The notes beneath the pieces are model-generated. The model was given only the letters and a program-made list of their open reading frames with translations, had not been told where the DNA came from and searched no databases. A stretch of 30,498 bases of DNA. Origin: a virus (taxonomy: Duplodnaviria > Caudoviricetes). Position numbers and translations under genes: made by a program. The DNA lies in the IMG/VR virus record IMGVR_UViG_3300049982_000183, positions 1 through 30,498 of that record; one strand, 5' to 3'. Of the stretch, positions 7,451 to 15,521 are shown piece after piece (position 1 is the stretch's first letter; each line of letters begins with the position of its first letter).

Positions 7451-8274
7451 GGCGGTTCTCCGGCGGGGAGGTTGCGGCGGCAGAGGACGCAGCGGGGGCT
7501 GCCGTCGGGTCGTCGGTGGTTGGGCGCGCCGTGTGGGCATCGGGCGGGCCGGAGTTCGACTGCTGCGAGATCGGTCGGTGGGTCGGTGTGATCGGCGTCG
7601 CTCGCGCGGTCGGTGGTTGCGTCGGGTGTCTCAGCAGTGGTCGGTCTAGGTGGTAGGTCTTGTGGCCGGTAGTTGCTCACCCAGGGGTGAGCGGTCAAAG
7701 TCGAAAATCGAGCGGTCAAAGTCTCCGAAACGGCGTTATTTGAGCGGTCAATGTCCTGAGGTGTCTCGGTTTGGGCGCTCACTAGGGCGAGCGTTGAATC
7801 GGAGTTGTCCACAGGGGACGGTCCGTTTGACCGCTCCCCTAGGGCGAGCGGTGGATCGTGGTCTTGACCGCTCTCCTGGGTGAGCGGTGAAACCGGGGGC
7901 ACAGCAGTGATCCGGGCGGGGCCAAGCGGCCGGATCTCGAACTGCTCGAGCAGATCCAGCGGGAGCGTGAGCCGGTATTCGGTCGCTCGGCCGGCGCCGT
8001 TGCGGCCACCGCCGCGGGAGGTCTGCAGGATGAGTCCGGCCTTGCGGAGGAAGGACACGCGGCGTCGGAGCGTCGACTCGGCGTCGCCTACCGCGGCGGC
8101 CAGCTCGGCCGCGCCAGGGCGCACTCGGGTGCCGTTCGGGTCGGCGTAGGTCGCCATCACGAACCCCACGTACTTCACCTCCTTGGGCAGCTCGAGGCGG
8201 CGGAGGACGGCTTCCCATTCGAAGCGGCCGACCGGTCGCGGTGTGGCTGGTTCGGGTTCCGGCACGGCGGTCAT
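7447..8274 (-). CDS. Replication initiator (lambda O-like layout, N-terminal winged HTH)
   Basis: RFEWE..LR...VKYVGFVMATYAD.NG...RPG...LA......STL.R.V..L...GLI winged helix. An iteron array and a DnaA box lie inside the gene. Confidence 0.8.
   Translation of the reverse strand: MTAVPEPEPATPRPVGRFEWEAVLRRLELPKEVKYVGFVMATYADPNGTRVRPGAAELAAAVGDAESTLRRRVSFLRKAGLILQTSRGGGRNGAGRATEYRLTLPLDLLEQFEIRPLGPARITAVPPVSPLTQESGQDHDPPLALGERSNGPSPVDNSDSTLALVSAQTETPQDIDRSNNAVSETLTARFSTLTAHPWVSNYRPQDLPPRPTTAETPDATTDRASDADHTDPPTDLAAVELRPARCPHGAPNHRRPDGSPRCVLCRRNLPAGEPP
7671..7891. promoter_or_regulatory. Replication origin: GAGCGGTCAA iterons plus a DnaA box
   Basis: Direct copies at 7689, 7710 and 7742. Inverted pairs at 7771/7789, 7827/7846 and 7864/7882. 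TTGTCCACA at 7805-7813. Confidence 0.8.
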
Positions 8275-8495
8275 GCGATCCGGCAACCGGACTCGAACCA
8301 CGCGCGCATCTGTTCGCGAGTGGGCAGTGGCGGTGGTGGCGCGGTGGGCACGAGCACCGAGCGGTTCCGTTTCCGGTTGTCGCAGGGGTTGCAGTCGCTG
8401 CGCCAGTACCGTCGGGTGCCGCGTTGGGTGCAGTAGAAGTTGCCCTGCAGCGGTTTCGTCTCTCCGCACGTTGCGCAGGTCTTGGTGTCTGCCAC
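8271..8495 (-). CDS. Small zinc-finger protein (74 aa)
   Basis: GGAGGTGA RBS. KTCATCGETKP...FY...CNPC. Confidence 0.7.
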   Translation of the reverse strand: MADTKTCATCGETKPLQGNFYCTQRGTRRYWRSDCNPCDNRKRNRSVLVPTAPPPPLPTREQMRAWFESGCRIA

Positions 8496-8529
8496 TGGGG
8501 GATCACCTCCCGGTTGTCGTCGTTGGGGA

Positions 8530-8604
8530 TGCGGGGCCCGGCCGCGCCTCCGGGCCCCGCAGGGGTGTCGGCCGGGCTGAGGGGAAGGGCAGCCCGGCCG
8601 GCAC
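8530..8604 (-). terminator. Tandem hairpins (terminator/attenuator) upstream of the rep genes
   Basis: 12-bp stem at 8530-8561 and 15-bp stem at 8565-8604, directly after the DUF2303 stop. Confidence 0.55.
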
Positions 8605-8605
8605 G

Positions 8606-9499
8606 TCACTGAGCCGCGGTGAGCGGCTTGGGGGCCACGCCGAGCAGGACCGGCGAGTTGACCGCGCCCTGCACCGTCGCGACGACGTCCTGGAAGGCCT
8701 CGCGCGCGACCAGGTCCGGACGCAGCAGCGCGTAGCCGATCGCGAGCTGGCCTTCGCGCAGGCGCCAGCGGAGGCGCGCGGTCAGCTCCTGCATCGGCGT
8801 GCCGACGAACGGCGCGAGCCGCACGGTGAAGCTGGCCGGGACCTCGAAGGTGCCCTTGCCCGGCGAGTTGACCTTCGCGTCGGTCTGCTCGTTCCAGGTC
8901 ATCTGGACGTCGCCGTTGTCGACGCGCACCACGCGGGAGAAGTCGGCCTCACTGCGGGCCTGGAACGACCGGGCGACCTCGAGCATCGTCGCGGCGTCCG
9001 GCTCGACGATCAGCCGGGCGTTGTCCTCGAGGAACTCGGCGAACCACTCCTGACTGCCGAGCTTCCCGTCACGCTCGGCCCACGCGGCCCAGTCGCGGTC
9101 GACCTTGAGCCGGAGGGTGGCGGTGTGGTCGCGCCACCCGGCGTTGCCCTCGGCGTCCTCCTCGTAGGTTTCGCCGTGGTCGTTGAACAGGGCGGTGACC
9201 GTGCCGGTGTCCTCGTTGGCCCACACCGACGTCTGGGTGCCTTCGAGGCGGGTGACGTAGGTGCAGAAGTCGGCCGGGTCGTGCACGGTGACGTCGCCGC
9301 GTGGACGCCGCGGCTGCTCGAGGTAGCGCTCGAGGTCGACGGTGCGGATCGTCTGGTCGTTCGGGACGACGCGGACGACGAGCGAGTCGTCCTGGTCGAT
9401 CGGGTGCGATGCCGGCGCCTCGGCCGCCGCGGCGCGGTGCGCCAGCTCGGCGACCGCCTCGACGGCACTGGTGGCATCGAGCGCATCGAAGTCGCTCAC
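8606..9499 (-). CDS. DUF2303 (YfdQ-like) family protein
   Basis: PRRPRG.VTVHD..DF..Y, ALFNDH....GW.DH.A.L, QEWFAEFLED and P..F....APF.G motifs. Confidence 0.85.
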   Translation of the reverse strand: MSDFDALDATSAVEAVAELAHRAAAAEAPASHPIDQDDSLVVRVVPNDQTIRTVDLERYLEQPRRPRGDVTVHDPADFCTYVTRLEGTQTSVWANEDTGTVTALFNDHGETYEEDAEGNAGWRDHTATLRLKVDRDWAAWAERDGKLGSQEWFAEFLEDNARLIVEPDAATMLEVARSFQARSEADFSRVVRVDNGDVQMTWNEQTDAKVNSPGKGTFEVPASFTVRLAPFVGTPMQELTARLRWRLREGQLAIGYALLRPDLVAREAFQDVVATVQGAVNSPVLLGVAPKPLTAAQ

Positions 9500-9852
9500 T
9501 TGCGGTTCCCTTCGGTGACCTCGTCGTAGAGGCTGGGCTGGTCGACGGGGTTGCGGAGCAGCGCGAAGTCCGGGCCGATGAAGGCGATGGACTCGGGGCG
9601 CTCGCCGCGCGGGACGGACGCGCGGACTTCGTCGGTGAGGATGACCATGCCGCCGGCCTTCTGGGGCTTGATCTTGATCGTGTAGGTGATGCTGCCCTGC
9701 TTGCCGGTCTCCTCGATGGCCTCGACGATCTGCTGCAGCTTCTCGGAGAGGTCGCGGTTCGATCGTCCTTTGTTGAGGGTCGCGAGGAACGCGGCGAAGT
9801 CCGGTGGTGGCGGCTTCTCGTCGGTGTCCTCGGTGGACTGCTGGTCGGTCAC
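9496..9852 (-). CDS. Conserved upstream partner of DUF2303 (YfdP-like)
   Basis: F..FL..L.KG....DLS..L..IV..I.ETGK.GSIT..I.IKP...L.RNP..Q pattern, coupled to DUF2303. Confidence 0.75.
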   Translation of the reverse strand: MTDQQSTEDTDEKPPPPDFAAFLATLNKGRSNRDLSEKLQQIVEAIEETGKQGSITYTIKIKPQKAGGMVILTDEVRASVPRGERPESIAFIGPDFALLRNPVDQPSLYDEVTEGNRK

Positions 9853-9867
9853 CTGCGGGTCCTTTCG

Positions 9868-10167
9868 TTACGGTGTAGCGATTTCGAACAGCGCCTCGGC
9901 GACTGCGGGATCGTCGCGGCGCTTCCGGCTGGGGTAGTTGGGTAGTCGCCCGGTCAGGTCGTGGATGTGCTGCCGGACGTGCGATTCGGCGTGAGTGAGG
10001 CACTCGCCGTAGATGAACCGCTCCTCGACGGAGCTGCCGCGCTCGCCGGCGTTGTGACGCCGCCAGTACGCGGCGAGGCTCACCGCAGACGCGGCGTTGA
10101 GCTTCTTCGCGACCTCAACCAACAGCGCAGCGGCGAGTTTCCGCGCTTCGGCCTCAACGTCGTTCAT
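9868..10167 (-). CDS. Hypothetical protein (99 aa)
   Basis: GGAGG RBS and ATGA overlap. Confidence 0.6.
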   Translation of the reverse strand: MNDVEAEARKLAAALLVEVAKKLNAASAVSLAAYWRRHNAGERGSSVEERFIYGECLTHAESHVRQHIHDLTGRLPNYPSRKRRDDPAVAEALFEIATP

Positions 10168-10652
10168 CCCTCCTCCCGGGTCTGGTAGGTGTGGCAGGCC
10201 GGCCACCAGGCGCGGCAGTCGGTGCCGGGGCCGCCGGTGGCGCGGCGGAGGTCGCCGCCGAAGTTGCATTTCGGGTAGGTCCCGGCGACCTCGCGCAGCG
10301 GGATCACGCGGTGCACGCACGACGCGCACCGTGGGCCCGGCGCCTTCCGGTCATCGCCTCGCGGCGCGTCGGGGTGCAGGGGCAGGTAGATCCGGAGCGC
10401 GATGCCGAGCGGGTGGTAGCCGCGGCGGATCGCCGCGGCCTGCCGGAGGGTCCGCCGCGCGTCGCGGCCGAGCGGCCGCTCCGGCGCGTCGGGCAGGTCG
10501 AACAGCGCGACCGGGCCGACGGGCGTCCCGCCCCGCACGGGAGCGGGACGCCCGAACACCTTGCGGTAGCACACGGGCCCGTAGCCGAGTTCCTGGCTCT
10601 TCGGGTCCGTGAGCTTCTTGCCGCACTGCAGGCGCTGGCACCGGGTTGACAC
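10164..10652 (-). CDS. DUF6011-like zinc finger plus a second Cys domain
   Basis: CQRLQCGKKLTDPKSQELGYGPVC, then CASCVH...YPKC...WPAC. Confidence 0.75.
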   Translation of the reverse strand: MSTRCQRLQCGKKLTDPKSQELGYGPVCYRKVFGRPAPVRGGTPVGPVALFDLPDAPERPLGRDARRTLRQAAAIRRGYHPLGIALRIYLPLHPDAPRGDDRKAPGPRCASCVHRVIPLREVAGTYPKCNFGGDLRRATGGPGTDCRAWWPACHTYQTREEG

Positions 10653-10653
10653 G

Positions 10654-12015
10654 TCAGCCGCCCGCGGCTTCGGTGAAGTCGCTGCCCTTGGCCTGCACGG
10701 CGTCCTTCGCCGCAGTGAGTGCGCGCTCGATCGTTCCGGCGAAGTCGCCGCCCGACACGAGTTCGGGGATGCGGCTGTACAGGTAGGTGACCTCTTCGGC
10801 GGTGAGGTCGGACAGGGCGGGCAGACGCTCGTCGAGCAGCAGCGAGACGACGGCCAGCAGGTCGTGACTGCTGTCCTTCACGCCGTTGTCCTTGAGCATG
10901 GTCACCAGCGCGGTGATCTGTGCCCGGCGGGCCTTGGTGCCCTTGCCGCTCGGCGGCTGCCCGGCGGCCGGCGGCGTGCCGGGGCCGGGCAGCTCGTCGG
11001 CGGTGACGTCGGTCTGCTCGGTGACCTCGTACCCGCCCTGGCTCTTCGGCTCCGGCGTGCTGGCGGTCGGTTCGGTCGGCACGGTCCCAGCGTCGGCGTT
11101 CTCCGGCTGAGACACCGATTCCCCGGCCGGGTCTTTCTGCTCGACAGGCTGGGGCGCGGGCGACTCGACCGGCGCCGGCTTCGGCTCGGCGCCGGTGATG
11201 TCCTTCGTCGTGATCGCCGTCGCGTCGGGCGGGAACTCGACGTCCTTCGAGATCTCTCCAGCCGTGATCGCGCGGAAGATCACCGCCAGCTGGCCCAGCT
11301 CGTGCCCGGTCCACCGCAGCGCCTGCAGGTCGAGCTTCTTCTCGAGCTGCTTCACCGTGATGCCGAGGCCGCCGAACCCGGCGATGGCACCGGCGCGTCG
11401 GTCCTCGAGGGACGAGCCGTCCCCGGCGTCGAGGGTCTCGCGGCACAGCTGCTTCGCGCGCTCGGTGAACCACGAGGGCAGCACCCCGAAGATCTGCTCC
11501 CGCAGTCGGCGCGCGGCCTGGTTGGCGTTGTTCTCGTAGATCTCCTGCATGGTGATCAGGTCGACCGGGACCGTCGTACCCGCCGCGTTCTTCTTGTCGC
11601 GCTTGTGCGGCACGATGAACGTCGAGAACGCCCGGGTGCCGGACTGCACGTCCCAGGCGTAGACGAGCATCTCCGAGCGGTCGGCGGTGCGGTCCATCTC
11701 GCCGGGCCCGTAGTGGATGTGACCCCAGCACCGCGCGAGTTCCTTCGCCAGCTGGATCGTCGGCCCGGTCACCGCCCCGCCGGCGCGCGGCAGCCGGTAG
11801 AACGCGCTCTCGGCGACGAACATCTGCCGACAGCTGTTCTCCATCGACCGCGTGGCTTCGGCCTCGTCGCGCGGGAACTGCCGGGCGAGGTACACCGCCG
11901 CTTGGACCTCGGCGACCGCGCGGGACTGCTCGATCGCGGTGGCCTGGCCGAGCCGGTTGACCGTCGAGACGGGCGCCCCGAGCGTCAGGTCGGCGGTGGT
12001 GATGGTGTCGGTCAT
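10654..12015 (-). CDS. Putative single-strand annealing protein (RecT-position recombinase)
   Basis: Directly downstream of the exonuclease (ATGA overlap). Conserved-looking AVAEVQAA...A..FPRDE...FY..PR.G..V.GP.I.LA.ELARCWG domain plus a Pro-rich tail. Confidence 0.65.
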   Translation of the reverse strand: MTDTITTADLTLGAPVSTVNRLGQATAIEQSRAVAEVQAAVYLARQFPRDEAEATRSMENSCRQMFVAESAFYRLPRAGGAVTGPTIQLAKELARCWGHIHYGPGEMDRTADRSEMLVYAWDVQSGTRAFSTFIVPHKRDKKNAAGTTVPVDLITMQEIYENNANQAARRLREQIFGVLPSWFTERAKQLCRETLDAGDGSSLEDRRAGAIAGFGGLGITVKQLEKKLDLQALRWTGHELGQLAVIFRAITAGEISKDVEFPPDATAITTKDITGAEPKPAPVESPAPQPVEQKDPAGESVSQPENADAGTVPTEPTASTPEPKSQGGYEVTEQTDVTADELPGPGTPPAAGQPPSGKGTKARRAQITALVTMLKDNGVKDSSHDLLAVVSLLLDERLPALSDLTAEEVTYLYSRIPELVSGGDFAGTIERALTAAKDAVQAKGSDFTEAAGG

Positions 12016-12920
12016 GCTGCCTGCTTCCCCTTGAATTCGTAGCGGCCGAGGTCGTAGCGGCCGAGGTCGAGTTCCTCTTGGAACTGCCGCTCCGCGTAGG
12101 GCGGGAGCGGCGCCATGACGACGTCCTCGGCGTAGCCCGGCCAGTGGCCGGTGCGGGTGCACTCGGCGTACAGCTCGAGTGCGGCGCGGTTCTTCACGGC
12201 CGCGATGTCCATTGCGGACTGCGGGATCTGCGCCACCGTCACGACGTACGGCGGTGTCTTCTCCTGGAAGATCAGCAGCGGCAACGGGTTCTGCGAGATC
12301 CCCAGTTCCATCACGCCGTCGCTGTACCAGTCGGTTTGCTGGTGGTAGCCGCGCTCGTGCACGGCCTTCCGGATGTCGTCCGGGCGGGACGAGCGGGCGG
12401 TCTTGTAGTCGACGATCAAGATCCGGCCGTTCGCCGCACGGGTGAGGCAGTCGATCCGGGCCCGGCACATCACGCCGGTCTGGACGTCCTGCCACACGAG
12501 CGTCAGCTCGAACTGCATCGCCCCGGCGAGCAGCGCGGCCGCGGTCCGGTGCGCCCGGAGCACGGCGGCCATCTCCTGCACCTGGTCGTACTCCCACGGG
12601 AGCAGCGGCACGGCGCCGGCCGCGTAGGCGGCGTCCCGGGCGGTGCGGGCGTCCTTGGTCTTGTAGTCCATGGCGTCGATGACCTCGAGCCGCGGGCCGA
12701 CGCCGAGCACCTCGTGGTGTGCGGCGTGGCCGAGGTCGAACTCGCGCTTGGGCGGGCGCGGGTGCGACCGCTCGTAGTGGAACTTCGCCGGGCAGTCCTG
12801 CACGGCGCGGGCGCCGGTCGAGGACAGCGAGCCGCCCTCGACCGGGTCCGCGTGGTAGACCTCGTCCGGCACGCCGGGGTAGATCCCCGGCTTGGTGATC
12901 TTCTCGGCGACAGCGGTCAC
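12012..12920 (-). CDS. RecE/exonuclease VIII-like PD-(D/E)xK nuclease (DUF3799-like)
   Basis: YHAD....LSST, G.AAH, CRARID.L, IVDYKT, GYHQQ..WY and QEK.PPY motifs. Confidence 0.88.
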   Translation of the reverse strand: MTAVAEKITKPGIYPGVPDEVYHADPVEGGSLSSTGARAVQDCPAKFHYERSHPRPPKREFDLGHAAHHEVLGVGPRLEVIDAMDYKTKDARTARDAAYAAGAVPLLPWEYDQVQEMAAVLRAHRTAAALLAGAMQFELTLVWQDVQTGVMCRARIDCLTRAANGRILIVDYKTARSSRPDDIRKAVHERGYHQQTDWYSDGVMELGISQNPLPLLIFQEKTPPYVVTVAQIPQSAMDIAAVKNRAALELYAECTRTGHWPGYAEDVVMAPLPPYAERQFQEELDLGRYDLGRYEFKGKQAA

Positions 12921-13351
12921 GACGTTGCCGCCGTGTGCTCGCCCGCGTGCTCGACGGTCCCGGCCGCGACGTACGCGGCCAGCTGCCCCAACGTGATCGA
13001 CGTGTCGCGTTCGGCCCCGCGCCAGCGGTAGAGGTCGCCCTCGTCAACGTCCCAGATCTGCATCCGTATGCCGCCGATCAGCCCCTCGACGTAGACCGAG
13101 GTGTTGTTGCGGACGTGCTCGCGGAGGAAGATCCGGCAGTCGTCAAGGGACTGCGCCCACCCCAGCAGTGCCGGGATGCCGTTCAGCTCGCCGACGTGCG
13201 TGAATCCGGAGATCTGCAGCACGGCCGGGTAGTCGCCCGGCCCAGGCCGGGAAAGGTTGACGCTCGGGAGGTGCGGGTGCTCGACGAGGTGCTCGGCGAG
13301 CGCGTACAGAACGGCGGCCAGCTCCAGCGCGGGCGTGGTCGTAGCGGTCAT
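12917..13351 (-). CDS. Hypothetical protein (144 aa)
   Basis: ATGA/GTGA coupling at both ends. Confidence 0.7.
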   Translation of the reverse strand: MTATTTPALELAAVLYALAEHLVEHPHLPSVNLSRPGPGDYPAVLQISGFTHVGELNGIPALLGWAQSLDDCRIFLREHVRNNTSVYVEGLIGGIRMQIWDVDEGDLYRWRGAERDTSITLGQLAAYVAAGTVEHAGEHTAATS

Positions 13352-13695
13352 CGCTGCACCGCCCCGTCGTCGTTGCCGCACCGGCGGTTGCCGTCCGTGT
13401 GGCAGTCCCAGCACCAGGGCTGGTCCTCCTCGCACGTGGCAACCGCGGTCGGCGGCGGCTTGCCCGGGCCGGTCTCCTCGTTGCACCCGGCGAGGCTGGC
13501 GCCAGCGGCGAGGACGGTGGCGAGCACGATCCCGGCGAACCCGATCCGCTCCCCCAGCCCGCGCACGAACTTCGCGTCGCCCGCCTTCGGCGCGGGCTTC
13601 GGGGCCGGCTTGACGTCGGCCTGCTCGATCGCGGTCGTCACCTTCTTGTCGGCGACCTGATCGAGCTTCGCGACGATCTTCTTGATGACGCCCAT
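13348..13695 (-). CDS. Membrane protein or lipoprotein with a Cys-rich C-terminal motif
   Basis: TM segment ending in LAGC, then CEEDQPWCWDCHTDGNRRCG. Confidence 0.7.
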   Translation of the reverse strand: MGVIKKIVAKLDQVADKKVTTAIEQADVKPAPKPAPKAGDAKFVRGLGERIGFAGIVLATVLAAGASLAGCNEETGPGKPPPTAVATCEEDQPWCWDCHTDGNRRCGNDDGAVQR

Positions 13696-14066
13696 CACGC
13701 ACACACCTCGACTCGGATGTCCCGGTCCGACCGGGACTCGGTACCCGCCTGCCAGATCGGGCCGTGCGGCTTCAGCGCGCACGCCAGGCACACCGCCTCT
13801 TCCTCCAGCGGGGACTGCACGTGCTCGTCGTGCTCCGGGTCGCCGTACACCCGCACCGACGTCGTGCCCTGGCCGTCGCACCACTCGCAGTCGGCCGGCT
13901 CGAAGTGCGGGTCGACGGTCACGTGGACGTAGGAGAACGTTTCGAGCAGCTGCGCGACCCGGGTGTCCACGGCCGCGATCAGGGCGCGGGGCTGCGTCTG
14001 GTCCGGCACGAACGCCACGGCGGGCGGGCGGCGGAGGTGCAGGATGTCGACGATGCGGGCGCTCAT
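13695..14066 (-). CDS. Hypothetical zinc-finger protein (123 aa)
   Basis: CEWC...CLAC and coupled start. Confidence 0.65.
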   Translation of the reverse strand: MSARIVDILHLRRPPAVAFVPDQTQPRALIAAVDTRVAQLLETFSYVHVTVDPHFEPADCEWCDGQGTTSVRVYGDPEHDEHVQSPLEEEAVCLACALKPHGPIWQAGTESRSDRDIRVEVCA

Positions 14067-14644
14067 CTGGCCACCAGCCAGAGCACGCCGGTGGTGCCGA
14101 GGACCAGGCCCGCGGCGAGCGCGGGCACGGCCAGGACCAGCCACGCCAGGCCACGCGAGTGGAGCGTCACGAACCGGGCGATCCGGTACGCCACCCGCGT
14201 CAGCAGCCGGTCGGCGGCGGCGAGCACCGCGAGGACCGCGACGACCAGCCAGCCCGGGGTGCGGCGGCGGGAGACGACGATCCGGTGCCGGCCGGGGAGC
14301 GTGCCCTCGGCGGACATGATCGACGTCTGCTCGACCGCGGCGAACGTCTCGGTGCGCTCGGCGGCTTCCGCTTCGCGGCGGTCGTGCTCGTCGTGCGCGT
14401 CGATCGCCGCCAGCCGAAGGACCGTCGTGCGGCCCTTGGCGGTCAGCGAGTAGCCCTGGATCGCCCACGACACGTACCCGCCGTCGACGAGCTGCTCGAG
14501 CACGTCCGGGTCGCGGTCCACCGTCATGTAGCGCTTCTGCTGGTTTTCCCAGGCGAGCAGCCGTCCGAGCTGGTCGACCTGGCGGCCGGCGTCCGGGATG
14601 TACGGGATGCGCCCCGAGGGGGCGGTAGTCTCCAAGCTGGTCAC
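14063..14644 (-). CDS. Membrane protein with an N-terminal winged-helix-like segment (193 aa)
   Basis: GGAAAGGA RBS. LEQLVDGGYV...YSLTAKG followed by C-terminal hydrophobic helices. Confidence 0.65.
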   Translation of the reverse strand: MTSLETTAPSGRIPYIPDAGRQVDQLGRLLAWENQQKRYMTVDRDPDVLEQLVDGGYVSWAIQGYSLTAKGRTTVLRLAAIDAHDEHDRREAEAAERTETFAAVEQTSIMSAEGTLPGRHRIVVSRRRTPGWLVVAVLAVLAAADRLLTRVAYRIARFVTLHSRGLAWLVLAVPALAAGLVLGTTGVLWLVAR

Positions 14645-14745
14645 GAGGGTCCTTTCCTGAGGCTCGTGGTCAAGCCCGCTCCGAAGCCCTGCACGGCCTC
14701 GGGGTGGGCGTCTTTTGTTGAGGGGAGGGGGAGGGTTTTGCCTGG

Positions 14746-14952
14746 TCAGACGGCGGTGCGCTCGGCGGCGAGCTTCTTGCACAGCTCGTTGAGGTGCTGC
14801 GGGGTCACCGTGATCCGGCGCTCGCTGAGCTCTTCGAGCTTCCGGGCGATCCACGGCCAGGACCGGTCGTCCTTGCGGTGTCGCTCGGCCCAGGTGTGCA
14901 GGTCTTCGCCGAGGACCTCCCGGGCGAGGTCTTTGATGGTGATCGTGGCCAT
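14746..14952 (-). CDS. Cro-like HTH regulator
   Basis: 68 aa, SWPWIARKL....ITVTPQHL. Divergent from the repressor and first gene of the early operon. Confidence 0.75.
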   Translation of the reverse strand: MATITIKDLAREVLGEDLHTWAERHRKDDRSWPWIARKLEELSERRITVTPQHLNELCKKLAAERTAV

Positions 14953-15083
14953 GTCGGAAGGCTAGCTTCCAATTTAGAAGTCCACAAGTCACAACGATGT
15001 AACTGTCGTCCAAATGGGTAGCTGACGGTGATCAAATGCAACTTGCAGTTGCCATGGGACTTTCCGATATGCCAACATGGAAG
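14950..15083. promoter_or_regulatory. Lysis-lysogeny switch region: leaderless cro promoter and three operator-like sites
   Basis: Minus strand TTGTGG-17-TAGCCT-6-ATG. Sites: CTTCCAATTTAGAAG (14966-14980), CGTCCAAATGGGTAG (15007-15021), ATGCCAACATGGAAG (15069-15083). Confidence 0.75.
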
Positions 15084-15490
15084 CCATGGAGATGAGCGAG
15101 GCACAGAGGAACATCACGCGGAACGTGAGGATCCTGATGGCCGCCCGCGACATGTACGAGCAACGACAGCTCGCAGACGCACTCGGTTGGCCTTCGGCCA
15201 AAATGACCAAGACCCTCAAGGGCGACCGCCGCTGGAGCGTCGAAGACCTCTACGAAGTCGCACAGGTGTTCGGCATCGCGGCCGGCGTCCTACTCGGCAG
15301 CACCACCGACGTCGTCGGCGCCGCGGGACCAACCGCGGCCGTAGGTAACGGTTCAGGTATTCACGGGTATTTTACGCAAAACAGCAGGTCAGTAACTGAA
15401 TTGGCGCAGGTCATCGACCTGGACTCGCGCCGCAAGGGCGTCGCCCTGTCGGACGCGCCCAACCGATTAATCGTGCGCCATGTCGGCTGA
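15077..15490 (+). CDS. Immunity repressor (Xre-type HTH) with a C-terminal extension
   Basis: NVRILM.....QRQLADALG......TK..KG.RRWSVEDL..VA..FGI....LL. Start may be 15077, 15086 or 15092. Confidence 0.85.
   Translation: MEAMEMSEAQRNITRNVRILMAARDMYEQRQLADALGWPSAKMTKTLKGDRRWSVEDLYEVAQVFGIAAGVLLGSTTDVVGAAGPTAAVGNGSGIHGYFTQNSRSVTELAQVIDLDSRRKGVALSDAPNRLIVRHVG
15341..15402. other. Candidate attP inside the repressor gene
   Basis: Abrupt AT-rich patch in the ORF: GGTA-TTCACGGG-TATTTT (TA-N8-TA) followed by AAAACAGCAGGTCAG. Location is inferred from the gene layout. Confidence 0.5.
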
Positions 15491-15521
15491 ACGGGCCAGT
15501 CGGAAATGCGACGTTCGGCGT

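Noticed and set aside
12039-12068. 15-bp tandem duplication (DLGRY twice) at the exonuclease C-terminus
   Set aside because: Only two in-frame copies, probably a neutral slippage.
12016-13047. Extension making a 797-aa recombinase
   Set aside because: It overlaps the exonuclease out of frame. The ATG at 12015 has an RBS and an ATGA coupling.
15349-15362. GGTTCAGGT as a tRNA T-loop remnant in attP
   Set aside because: No T-stem or acceptor stem follows. I found no tRNA gene in the window.
15461-15521. Dedicated integrase promoter
   Set aside because: Weak -10-like words precede both possible ATGs, but no convincing -35/-10 pair could be chosen.
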